Shown here piece after piece: positions 9,848 through 21,943 of a stretch of DNA of 64,000 nt. The position numbers and the translations under genes are program-made. The DNA comes from Rhodosorus marinus CCMP1338 (lineage: Eukaryota > Plantae > Rhodophyta), in the NCBI GenBank assembly GCA_029953675.1, contig JAMWBK010000001.1, positions 496,001 through 560,000 of the forward strand, given 5' to 3'. Under the pieces are notes generated by a model that was not told the origin of the DNA, made no database searches, and worked only from the letters and a program-made list of their open reading frames with translations. Each line of letters starts with the position of its first letter. Within the stretch, counting starts at the first letter, position 1.

Positions 9848-12169
9848 GCTCAACCCCTCAACAAGTGCGCCAATTCATAGATGAAGAAAATGCCCTTTCA
9901 CAACCTTCGCTCATTCATGCATATGTACACACCATCCCAGCAGCAAAAATCAAAGCCCCGTTCCTCCCTCATGGGTGGTCTTCACTAATCTCCAATCCTC
10001 CCGCCCCAAATGCTCTGCTCTACTTCTGTCCTTTAGTGGTTCTTGAACCACCAAAAAACGAAATCCTACTAATAACTAAACTAAATTTCTACCGAAATAC
10101 TATGAACTCACACCAACACAAACTGCGCTGCAATCTCCCCGCCTTTCCACCCTTCCAAAACTCCCACCCGCTTCAGATCTCTTCTCATCCGCCCGGACTC
10201 GAATTCTGGGATGTTGTTTTCTTGAGAAAGACGTTCGCAATGCGTTGATTCACAATAAAGGGTCTTACGTCCGCTCTTGACAGCAAAAACGCCCATTCAG
10301 TACGTCCTAAAAAATTTCAGAATCTGCGCCCAGAAAAGTTTTATTATAAAACATATATTATTCTAATATACCACGCGCGTTGAAAACGTGGCAAAGTACT
10401 CCGTTTCACCAATTTCACGCTTGGGTTCAATTTGAAAGTGACCTTTTTATTACATTATTCATCATTTGTGCAATTTTTCACGATGTTCACCCACCCCTAA
10501 CCGTCGAAGCTTTTGGTTTGGGGTGGGGGTAGAAGGGTTGCTGACATTGGCCTAGTGATAAGTGGAGGGTTGGATCCTTCTCTACACTGAGAAGCGGATT
10601 GGGAACTGATCAGTTTAGGTGCGCGGTTTAGTGGCTTTTTGTTTGAGAATGGAGATGGAAAGGATCACATTACAGCGGGGTCGGGCGATAGCTGATAAGG
10701 ATCTCGTGAACCGGGGGATGTCCATCGGTGTAGAATTCCTTCTGGGGGAAGTCTGCACGGGCCTTAACTGCGAGTTGGGGAGAGGTCGCGATCGTCTGAG
10801 GGGCAAATTGTCTTAAGGCTGGAGTAGTTGATTGTTTTTTTTTGGGGGGGGGGGGTGGGAAGAAGGGGGAAGGCTGAAATATATTATTGACTTCTTTGTA
10901 GAGCTAGTGCTCTAGAATAGTTGCAACAGCCCTACGTGCACATATTCCCCAGTGCAGGCGAGGGATCGGTGAGTTCTAATCTTGAATTCCAAGGTGGTGC
11001 CAACAAAACCCAAGCTCGTCTCTACGCTGATGAATATCATTTCATGCTTTTCAAAGCGCGGGCACGTTGAAGAAAACATCCAACAAGCGAGGACAAAGTT
11101 TGATCTCCGCTCCTTGGTACTACTTCGTACTTTTTCAAAACGTTTCCTTCCTATTTAACATTGTATATACCGTCACCAAACATCCTACACATCAAATAGG
11201 TCAACTTGTCGGCGTAGAAAAGTTGGACATGGTTCCAGGTCCACCTGTCTACGTCTGATCTGTACCCCCTGCTGTGAAGAATACAACATCGAGCACATCC
11301 GAGTTTGCTTTTCTCAAAAATCGCAGTTTTAATCGGATGATGCGTTCTTCCTGCTCCCGCTTGTGTCATTCCCCTTGAAGCGACCAGTCACCCAACCTCG
11401 GCACAAGAGACTTCTACAGCCCACTCACATCACTGGCTTCCGAATCATCCCGGAAGTGTAATCGCATCCACCAACCTCTAGATCCTCATGTTCTTCTATT
11501 TCTCCGTCAATCCACCACCAGCTCCTCACACTACACCATAACGGCGATTGCCCCAAAAACCTCTGCTCTTTCGGTCAAGATGATTTGCAGTCAAGTGACA
11601 CCGTTCCAGAATTAACCTAACAACTCCACATGACCCAACAGGAACAGTTTTTTTTAGCCAATGATCCTCGATCCGCGCGCCCAAAATCCCAAGTGACATC
11701 CACAAAACGGTTTTCTCCACCCCCAAGAAGAGATTCGACACAAAAACGGTGCTTCTCCGCCAAGCGAGGATTAAACTAAAATTCCATATTATTAATAACG
11801 TTTTTATTTTTATTCTTATGAAAAGAAGAAACAATTGTAGAAAACCATTCCTTTTGCTTACAGTGTCCAATCATCCAATTATGTTTCCATCAAAAGCATC
11901 AAAGAAACAGACGAAAAGGATCCGGCGAACAGGACTCTTCTTAATCGGAGTAATTAGTTTTGAAAAACAGTGAAATCTATGGACAATCTAATTAGATTCT
12001 AATACGATAAAAAGATTGTGAATAGTTGAAGAAAAGTTATTGGTTTGAGGACTGGAAAGATTAGGCGAGGAATGCCCGTGCTGCTTTCGTTTGATTTGGG
12101 AGCCGGAAGCAAAGCGGAAATTGTTGAGCACGCACCCCATCTGGCCGGCAGGCTTGTCAGAGTGACCGT

Positions 12170-12342
12170 CGAAATACAAGAGTTTGAGTGATTTTGTGTG
12201 CCTGTTCGTTTGCTGAGTTGCATTCGGATGCAAAACAACTTGCAGTCCAGCGGCGCGATCCGAAATACAAGAGTTTGAGGGATTTTGTGTGTCCCGTTCG
12301 TTTGCTGAGTTTGCATCCGGTGGCAACTTGCTAGTCCAGGGG
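12170..12342. repeat. Two-copy tandem repeat, period ~91 bp
   Basis: cgaaatacaagagtttgag(t/g)gattttgtgtg..gttcgtttgctgagtt starts at 12170 and at 12261. Confidence 0.85.
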
Positions 12343-12687
12343 CTCGTGCAAGAATGTGCCCCTAATTTTCCAGCGCTATTCAACAAATCGGAGGAAAACT
12401 GAGCTTGCGCGGCCGGCCGGAGCGGTAAATGTGACTTCAAAGCATCAAGCAAATAGTGTTTTGCGACGTCAAGAGGGTTTCCGGGAACCGTTGCGAATAT
12501 GATTCCATGCAGGAGGGCACGATGCAATCGTTCACCGCTTCGCGAGGCCAGTCACCATGCTTTCCTGGAGATCCGAGTTGCCGAGTACCTTTGGGCATGA
12601 ATTTAGGCTATCGGCTATCGCTTATAACCCTCAGTTTAATTTTCACAAAGTTATTAAATACAAGACACTCTCAAGACTGGCCATTGT

Positions 12688-13833
12688 TCACTCAACCGGT
12701 ACTCCGGCGTCCGCGTGCTGTCTTCTAATATGCCGGAGATAGTTAGTTCGCCATCCAAACTTAGCGCCGCAATATGTACACTCCAGTTTTTCGCACTTCC
12801 CATGGACGTTGTTGACATGAACAAGGAGATGTGACCTCTGCCCAAATTTACTCCCGCAGAATTCACAGATGTGTGTTTTTTCTCTCAAGTGAACGCCCGC
12901 CTTGTGCCTCTTCAAATGGGAAGAGGATCGAAACGATGACCCGCAAACGTCGCACTCAAATCTTTTCGGTTTCCGTGATTTGTAGAGTGTCACAACCGAG
13001 TCCGAGTCAGCTCTTGGGACAAGTTCAAGACTGGGCACAGAGCTTGATGACCTATCGTCCGACTCTTTGAACAAAAGCCTCTTCCAACTGTCAAGCAAAG
13101 ATATAATATGCTGTACTCTGGGCGTGACCACATCCGAAGTTGAACTAGTGTGAGCTCGTATTTTGGAGCCATCAGGAAACACCACCCAGGCAGGACCTCG
13201 TAGACTCCTTATGAAGGCACTGCCGACATTCCATGCAGTCCCGAGTTCATCCGATAAGGTTTGCTGGACGAACCTGCAGCGCTCCTTCAGACTTCCATCG
13301 CAGTCACAAGGTTCAGCTCTCACCATGCAAAAGGAACAGTCCCGATCAATTGTGAACCGCTGTTGAATATGGAAGCACGTCGAACCACTGCTCGCGTAAG
13401 TCACTAACACTGTGACTTTGTTGAACGCAAGCGTCCTCGTGGAAAAGGACGCTCGCAGCATGACACCACCATCTTCACATCGAACTGCAATCAAGCAAAC
13501 AGATGTCATCCGCACCTCATCAACAGCGAAGATCAGTCGATCGTTTAGCATCCGCGAGTTTTCAAACTTCAACACGTTCGCAAACGCCACGTTTCCGATG
13601 TGATGAGACAGCACCTTCAAGCTCTTCCTGAAATACAACGTTTCACGAATTGTGGCCTGTGGTCCGGGATCCACCTTCATGAAATCAAAAGGGAGGATGT
13701 TTCTCGCATCCACCGGCAGCTTAAACAAATCCTCGTTGGTTCCGCCAAAAAGCCAGTCCTGGACATCGATATTGTTCAACATCTCTCGCATCAGCTCGTA
13801 CTCCTTTCCATGTTCAAGGTCCACGACAATCAT
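12688..13833 (-). CDS. Intronless C2H2 zinc-finger protein with uncharacterised N-terminal domain (paralog 3, more diverged)
   Basis: ORF from ATG 13833 (MIVVDLEHGKEYELMREMLN...), collinear with paralogs 1 and 2 along its whole length, with three C2H2 fingers. Confidence 0.9.
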   Translation of the reverse strand: MIVVDLEHGKEYELMREMLNNIDVQDWLFGGTNEDLFKLPVDARNILPFDFMKVDPGPQATIRETLYFRKSLKVLSHHIGNVAFANVLKFENSRMLNDRLIFAVDEVRMTSVCLIAVRCEDGGVMLRASFSTRTLAFNKVTVLVTYASSGSTCFHIQQRFTIDRDCSFCMVRAEPCDCDGSLKERCRFVQQTLSDELGTAWNVGSAFIRSLRGPAWVVFPDGSKIRAHTSSTSDVVTPRVQHIISLLDSWKRLLFKESDDRSSSSVPSLELVPRADSDSVVTLYKSRKPKRFECDVCGSSFRSSSHLKRHKAGVHLREKTHICEFCGSKFGQRSHLLVHVNNVHGKCEKLECTYCGAKFGWRTNYLRHIRRQHADAGVPVE

Positions 13834-15358
13834 TCTAGATCCCCCCCCAAACACCCCAGCACTTTAGAAACAAAAAGCTAACAGCCCACCGAACAAAAAG
13901 ACCTCTCCCACCTCAAGAAAACGTCAAGAAACACGAGGAGGATTCATAGCTGAAGTGGAGCCCACTCCCGTCGCCTCACTTATCTCAACATTCCCATCTA
14001 TCTTATACTTGTCAACCTAAGCGCACACAGAAAAAAATAAACCAAAAGTGAACCTGTAAAAATGCCTCCTCACAAAGCGCGTCCCTCCACCAAACAACAC
14101 TGCCCTAACAACCCCCTCAACCACACCCTCCCAACAAAAGTCCGAATTCCTTTCGGAGAGACGACTATCGACATCCCATCAATCTGTTCGAAAATCCGAC
14201 CAACACCATCCGAGCTACAAACACGCCACCCCAGAAGCGGCGGAAAAAGAGTTCCCCCCAACAAACCATCCCTCGTCCTCCTTCGCGAAAGTATCAGTTT
14301 TTCTCCTTCATGAGCGAGGATTTTTCGCCCAACTTCTTCGTACAAAAAAGAATTTAAAAACAAAAACAAACAGAATCATTCTGCCCTGAAACCAGATGTT
14401 TCCTTTCACGACAGGTGTGACTGTGTCGGTTTAGCACCGATTTTTTCCGCTCCCTGACCCAAACTATTTTTAAAAAAACAATATCACACCATCCAAAACA
14501 AAAACAAAAAATTTGATGTAAAAAAAGACGGCAGGAAAAGAAAAGCGTTTTCCAAAACCGAAAAAAAATTCGGGGTGGCAAGGAGGCCATTAAGAAGTGA
14601 TCGGCAAAAAAAAACTTGCCCTTCAGATAAATCGGTGTAATTTATTTATTTTCTCTCCCAAAGAAAATGAAAATTTTCCGGAAATCCTCAATCACCAATA
14701 ACCCCAAAAAAGGATTATTTAGACGAACACGTCAGAATTTTCTCCGTCGTCTACTCCTAAACGGAATCCGTATTCTGTATATACTAAATATTTAAGAAGA
14801 TTACATCGGCAACGCAGGATCCTAGTTAAGGGATATACATCCAAAAATTGCTGAATTGAAATATTTATCGAAAAACATTTATTCAGGCGAGCGGCGAATA
14901 GCTCTTGCACCGAAAAATGATTGATTCGTTTTTTGGATTGAATAGGATTTTGTTGGCATGTCAGCCTCTTGGGTTTGAGGGATCGTCGAAGTGGCGAGAG
15001 CAGGAGGCGGCTGACGGTCATCATGATGGAGGTTCTTTCCTGATTAGGTTATGTCTTGCCAGTAGCGAAGAAGCTGAGCTTTCGCTTCTTTCTTTCTACT
15101 GCAATTGTTGTTCCGATTTCCGTTTTCCTCTTTGCTTTCGGGCAACATCGTTTGCAAGTTTGTTGCTGCGTCAGGTTCTTTCACCCAGTTGATGTTGAGA
15201 CCACGAGAGGATCGTTGGAGCGGGACCAGGTGACGGAACTCGTTTTGGTTGACGTCGCTCGCGAGGTAGTCCTGGATGAGGTTAACGGTGATTGGAGTTT
15301 CGAAAGTTGTACCCGGTACGATCGACGCTGTTGCTGGTTAGGCTAGTTGGATATCGGC

Positions 15359-17121
15359 ATGACCTCAGAAGCAGATGCAGATCTTCCGAAAGGTCGAGGT
15401 ACCTCGCAGAAAGGGTACCAAACTCGCACAGAAAGGCACATGCTCTCAAACACCGGGGATAGGAAGGTGCGTTGAATATTTTTTTCCCCCTTCGCATCCC
15501 GATGTGCTCATCCGAGCTAACGTGAGTGTTTATCATCCTAATTCAGACGCTCACCGCCTCTGAAGCGCGTTCCAGACTATCTCCAGATGAGATTGTTCAG
15601 GTCACGTTCCTTCTCAGAATGAGAAGCGATCGTGGCTTGTCAGAGGTAGAGGCACAGGAGCTGAAGGAGATTAGCTTCAAGGTTCTAACGGACAGAGATC
15701 CGGCTGAACTGCTGGAAGATGCGTGCAAGCCCGAGAGCAGTGCTGGTGAGCACCGGATGGTATGATCTTCGAGACGTGGCTGGTTGCACGCGTCCATTTG
15801 CTGACATCTGTTTTGACCAATTTCCTAGCATCTGGATGCACTGGGAATATCGGAGGAGGAACTAACGGAGCTCAAAAGAGTTAAGAAGAGTAGCCAGATG
15901 GGATCAGTAACCAGGCGGGAGCTCCTGCACATCGAACTTTGCAAGCAGAAGCTCATCGATCATTGCTTCACTGAAAACTGGAAGTTTATCAAGCAACTAT
16001 TCGACTTCGAAGAGACCACCATGGTACCAAAGCACCTCGGGGTAAGGTCGCTCGACACATCGAGGTCGGCAGGTCTAGGAGATGGTTGCTGATGGATTCA
16101 TGCCCGTCCCTTATTTGCAGGTGCACGGAACTGAGATTGCTGTTCCAGAAATATGTCTTGCTGAATATGGGAAAGACTTTGCCTCCGACGTGTTTAACAT
16201 AATCTACAACGGAATTTTGAGAGAAGCTATAGACCTCTACGCAATTCTCGCCAGCTTGAAGAGAAGAACTGTTCTAGTTGATCCTGAGGATGTACGAACT
16301 GACCGCGGCGGGCTTAACGACTCGCATGCACATAACTGAAGCCATGCTCTCCGTCGTTTGTCGTTTACAGGTCCATGCGGTCTTTTCGTGGTGGATCGAT
16401 TTTCGCATCTTTGTAATCAAATCTTTTGAAGTTGAAGACCAGTTCATCTTGCCCTGGGTGACAAGGAGAGTGAACGTCAGCAAGACAGTGATGCAGCAAA
16501 CATGCCGGAACCTACGAAGATCTAGAATAGCTTTCAAATTGCTTAAGGTGCGGACTGCTCAATTCCACTGGACACAGAATGTTCCACACAATGCGAATGC
16601 GATTCGTGCGTTTCGTTGCTGAGCAGCCATTGCCGCTCAGGTGTCCAATACAGAGGAGTTTGAGGGACGAATGCATCCCGGAGAGGTGATCAACAGATTC
16701 CACTCAGCTTGGGAGAACGTTTTTCTCGATTTGAAAAGTTATTTTCAAGACACTCACCGTATTCTGGTGCCCATGGTCGCCCGTGCGTACCAAGCAACCG
16801 ACAAAACGAAACTGGAAAAGGAGATTTTCAATTATTTGAAAGGCAGCGACGAAGCGGATTTGGTATATGCTTTCAATCAGTGCAACTGGATCTCTTCGCA
16901 AGACTGACACGTTCGCAACTCCCTCGTCACAGGTTGCGGGGCTCTGGGTAAGATGGATGACCTCTGCTCAGAGGAAATCTTACCGGAAAGGTTTGGTTGG
17001 CAATATCTTCAACCTGAGGGCTTCTCAGGATTTTAAGAACCTCGAAGCTAAGTTCTCGCATAGGGAACATATACGTATCCCTGAAATGATTATCAAAAAG
17101 GAAGCGTTGCTTGAGGACTAG
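15359..17121 (+). CDS. Multi-exon hypothetical protein with degenerate hemerythrin-like helical segments
   Basis: Coding-like exons are joined by GT-AG introns (GDRK|TLTASEAR..., VHGTEIAVPE..., VHAVFSWWIDF..., VSNTEEF..., VAGLWVRW...EALLED*). The patterns YNGILREAIDLY and SFEVEDQFILPW resemble the HHE motifs H.AIRREL and HH..EE..LFP. Confidence 0.6.
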
Positions 17122-17705
17122 CTCAGAGCAACCCATCCGTCCAGACCCGCCACAAACGGACCCAACGGGAACACGGTCCGAGATTCGCGCGAAAGAAACA
17201 TGTCCATAGATTTTCTTGAATGCATTCCTATTCCTAATTCTTTCTTTTCGCGGGATAATATATCATTTTATTCATAAAAATTAATCATATATGTACATTT
17301 TCTAAATATTCAATAGTAAATTGATACAAACGCGAACCGACGCTCGTTCGTCTACTACTGAAAACTAACACCCTTCAAGAAAATTCATTCGATTTTAAGA
17401 TGAATTTAGAATGAAGAGCATATTTGTAATGATTTTTCAAAGATATATTAACTGAAATTTGAAAATATTTGGGACTTGTGCTTGGAGAGCTAAACGTCAA
17501 AAGGCAATGAAAAGAAACGCTTGTGCAGGGCAAGGTTTATAGTAAAGAGTATTTATTGGTTCGTGGGAGAGGGGTTTGTAGGTGTGCATGTTTGGAGCGG
17601 CTTGGGTAGGGGAGCGGGGTAGGGGGGCCCTTTGACGACGGACGTTGCGATTTCACGTAAGGAACATGTGTGGGAAAGCTCAAAGGAGAGAAGTGTGACA
17701 AAAAC

Positions 17706-20700
17706 ATGTCCGGGCAGGCTGTAAACCGGAAGAGGATTCTTCCTCCTGTGAGCAGGCATGAACTCCTCGAGGAGGAACATGAAAAGTTCGGTGGTGAGGA
17801 TGCTGTGGGTGACATCGAGGACGGATATCTGAGACCAACGCGGAAGGATCTCGAGCTCAGACTGAGGCGGCTTCTTAAAATTTTGAAGAAACATCCTCAA
17901 AGGTTTTCGAAAAAAAGTCTAACCTTGTCCGCATCGCCCAGTGCTCTTCCCAAATTGGATTTGGATCTACTGGCGAAGATGCTTAGTCGTGATTCGTTGC
18001 TACGGCATCAGAACAGACTGGTCAAGATGCTCGTGGCCCGTAATATTGTGGAACTTCTGAGAATATTTGCTCCAGATGCACCCTACGGAGAGGACAAGCT
18101 CGTCGACGTGTTCTCACTTTTCTTGAGGCAAGTATCGTCTATTGGCAAAGTTGATGAGCTCCAACCAGAAAGGGTTAAGTTTCTGGAGAGGCTCGCTCGC
18201 ATTCAGGCTTTTTGTCTGGTGCGATGCGAAACTGATATCCTCGAAGAAGCGATACTCTGTTTGCAGGCAGCCGTCGTACCCACTTCATCAGAGGCCTACA
18301 GGTCATCGGTTGTATCCTGTCTGACAACGATTGCGTCTGAGGCTCCAGAAATTAGTTCCGTAAGCTGTTCTTCGACATCTCTGAGGCTGTTCAAAACGCC
18401 GTGCGGAGATAATCTACAGTCGTAGACAGTTTGCAGGACAGCGACTAACAAGGCGAACTTAATTCTCCCAGGAAATGCTTGAGAAGCTCTTGAGCCCGCT
18501 CCACAGCCCGGGCAATGATAAGGCAAGCTCCGTCGCTCTAGAGGTTTTCCGATCTTGCGCTGCGCAACTTGCAGAACCTGTTCAACACCACCTGACGCGC
18601 ATTGTGAATAAATCCCGTTCCAACGGAGGAAGCTTTGAAACTAAAGGGCAATGGCGAATGTTCTTGGCACTTGCGTGTGAGGTTCCGAACCTGGAAAAAG
18701 ACGCACTTCAGTCTTTAGCAGACGATCTGCGGTCGACTGAGTGTCAGCTGCGCAAGCAGAGAGTACAACAGTTCGCAGAAATTTTTTCCCAACCAGGTTC
18801 GTTCAGCATTTACGGAGGATGCAAGGACCTCGAAGACCCAAAGCGGCCAGGGAAACCCGTTTAAAAGCTAACGTTGCCCTGGGTCATTCTGGGCTCCGGC
18901 AGGTTCCAAAACCGCAGAGTGCTTGCCGCAAACCTACGAACTATTCCTTACGCGGTTTTTGGACGCAGATTCAAGTATTCGATGGACTTGTTGTGACTAT
19001 GGCGGAAAGATTCTCCATGAAGCTGTGGAGAGTGATGCTCTCAAAGTTGCCCAACAGCTGAAAGGCAGAGTCCTTGACACAGACGAGCAAGTACGGGCAG
19101 CAAGTGTTCGATCAATCTTCCAGGAGATACAGTCAGATCGGGTAGACCGGGAAACGCTTGTCTCAGCCTTGAGCAGACTCCTCGACAGGAAGCCCTCGGT
19201 AAGAAAGGAAACAGCGGAACAGGTTCAGAACTTCTTCCGATGCCAGGTATGATCGTCCAACATCCTCGCTTTCGTTGGATACGCGTAAATCAACGGACTC
19301 TAAACCTTGAAATCCCAGGCCTTGAACCCGGAAGAGTGGGCTGGCCAGAGAGTCAGGATTGTTCTCAGCGAAATCTGCTCGTTCGCGCGCGCGTGTCCGG
19401 CTGGAGCCGGTAGCTTGGAGGCGCTGATTGACTGTTGGATAGTCAACCATGCAAAGCTCGACCAGAGCGGTCAAGGCTCGGACAAGCAGAGTACTTTGAA
19501 CCGAGTCAAATGCTTCTTTCGAAACGTGAGAGGTCTAAGCGACTATGCGCTTACTACCATAGGGTCTGTGGTGAAGCGTAGATCAAGTTTGCGAAATGGC
19601 ATTCTTCTGGCTATTTCAGCTCGTTGGGTGAGTAGAGAATTGTTTCAATCGACACCGGCTGTCAGGATCCTTCAGAAAGGGTTTCTAACAGAACCTCCGC
19701 CTACCGCCGCGCCTATGTCTCCGTTCTCGCAGGACAAGGGGCCTGTACCGCAGAGCCAACCTGGGAACACGCCATCGACAATGCTGGAACTAGCTGAACA
19801 GCCGATAGGTCCCAAGCGAAGTTGCGCGAATCACGTGAACAAGGACAATTTGAAATTACTTGATTCTCTGTGCCAACTACTTTGCGATACCACCGAGAGA
19901 AGCAGGCGATGTTTATCCGATGTCCTGAACGTCAAGGACAAACTGGTTTTATCAAGAACAGTGGAGGGATTGTCACTGGAAAGATCTCTCCAGGAGATCG
20001 AGGATTCGTGTTCCGATGCGGTGAAGCGAGTGGGGTCCAAATCGCCTGCAGGGGACTTCCTTCGAGGAACCTTGTTTCCTCGTTCCAGACCAGCAATCTT
20101 CACAGCCGAGAATGTGGCTGAAGTTCTGCGATCATTTCCAGATGGTCGGACTGTTCCTTCAATTGGCGAACGAGCCCCTGTCCACTCCTGGAGCTATGGA
20201 TCAGGTGTTGAGAGGTACCTGAGATGGTTCCTTGACTTGACGGCGGATTTTTATGGCGACGTTTTCGAGGACCTCAGAGATGAGATTATACGAATGACAA
20301 GAAACCCGAGTACACGCCTGACCGCGCTACGAGTCCTCGCTCGCAGCTCGTTTACAGAAGCTTGCACAGCGCATGGATCGCACCTTGAAGAACTGGAAAA
20401 GTTCTGCGGCATGCCGTACTCGGCTGCGGAAGCGAAATTTGCGTCCAGGTCCATTTTGAGACTCAGGGGGGTATCCCCAGAGCGTGTCAACTCTGCTCTG
20501 GAAAGACAGAAATGTCGGACGTTAGAAGCTCTTGGTACGCCTCCTTCGACTTTAGTGAGCCTCCCTTGCCATCCCAGCTTTATGGAGTATCTGATTCTGC
20601 GCTCATTTCTCCAGATGAATTTGACATAGAGGCGTTACCTCAAGCATTTGCGGTGTGCGCTGAACTCGTACGGAGTTCTCCGGAAGACGAGCAGAGCAAG

Positions 20701-21943
20701 AAGATTGTTCAAAAGCTTTTCTCAGTTTTTTCGGAGATGGCGATTGGTAAGCTGTTCTCTGATGGCGACCCCGTAGAAGCAGTTATGATCTCCGGCATGT
20801 CGGCCGTATCACAAGTGGCAAAGCTGCCGAGCAGGGACGCATGGCCCTGGCATGGGAAGCAGGATTCCGACTCTCACCATCCGACAATGAAAATGATATT
20901 GAAGAGGGTTCTCCTGAGGGACACACCTTTATTTTCCCTCCTCAACGAGGGCGGAACTGAAGAAGAGGCTTTGCGGACGCACGCGGCAAAACTGTTGGTA
21001 AAACTGTCAAGGACTGGTGCTTTGTCCACCAGCGCAGACAGCATTTTGATCGTTGCGCGCTTCGTGAAGACAGCGAAGCCCGAGTTGGCGGAGAAATTGA
21101 GCAGATGGATTTTCGAAGGGATCACGCGGAAGAAGACGCCGTTCAAGTGGACCTGTGTAGTATTATTTGCAAACTTTGATGGAAAAGCTACTCTTGTTCG
21201 GGTATGGACTCAGTCCTTGGGGGAACCGAGATATCAACCAGCGTCTTGCCTATTTTCAACATCTTACGTGTTCAGTTTCCTCCTGTGTTCTTTAGACCCT
21301 CATTGCTTCACTGAGAGCCGCTGTAGCGCGAATGCAAATTGACGAGGCTCAAATGGACAGCGTTCACTGCACATTACCTTTCCTGCCTGAAAGCGTTCTT
21401 CCTACACTCGTATGGGTCTTAGCCAAAGATGCGGGCGAAATCCATTTGCTGGATAGAAAAGGCAGCCCTTTGAGTTCCTTTTTGTCGGCTCTCGTAGAGA
21501 ACTCTGAGCACGCGTCGCTGACGAAACGCGTCCTCGAGGTAGGTTGACTAGAAAGAGCTCCTTCCAGAGAGCATTCAGATGAGTTGTTGAATCCAATTGG
21601 ACTATGAACCCCTCCTGATCAGAATCTAGAAGCAGCGGAGGATGCGGGGAACGATCCAGCTTTAACAGAACGAATCCGGGCAGTTGCAAAGCATGGTCTT
21701 GATCTACTAAACAGCAAGATAGACGCAGAGAACTGGGAAGTTGAGAAGCTGCTTTTACCGCTCGGCTTACCACATTCTTTGTTCAAGGCGAGGAAGACAA
21801 CGAGGGTACACGCATATACCCTTACTTGTTGGGCAAGCTGTGTCATGTCTGAGCGTGTTTTTTTTCGTTCGCAGTCCGAGAAAGGCTTAACGAGCAAATC
21901 CGAAGCCCCAATGACTAAGAGAATCCGAATGCAGGCAAGATAG
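17706..21943 (+). CDS. PDS5: Sister chromatid cohesion protein PDS5 (HEAT-repeat), multi-exon
   Basis: LLRHQNRLVKMLVARNIVELLRIFAPDAPY is the PDS5 N-terminal signature. Also seen: RVLDTDEQVRAASV, RLLDRKPSVRKE, HCTLPFLPESVLPTLVWVLA and VLE|NLEAAED. The last exon ends at TAG 21941-21943. Confidence 0.9.

Noticed and set aside
10619-10816. Short ORF faintly resembling the ZF N-terminal domain
   Set aside because: It is on the opposite strand to the cluster, the similarity is too weak to support by eye, and the upstream frame has many stops.
11988-12527. 179-aa ORF
   Set aside because: It has a non-ATG start, no recognisable motif, and crosses a 91-bp repeat that is out of frame.
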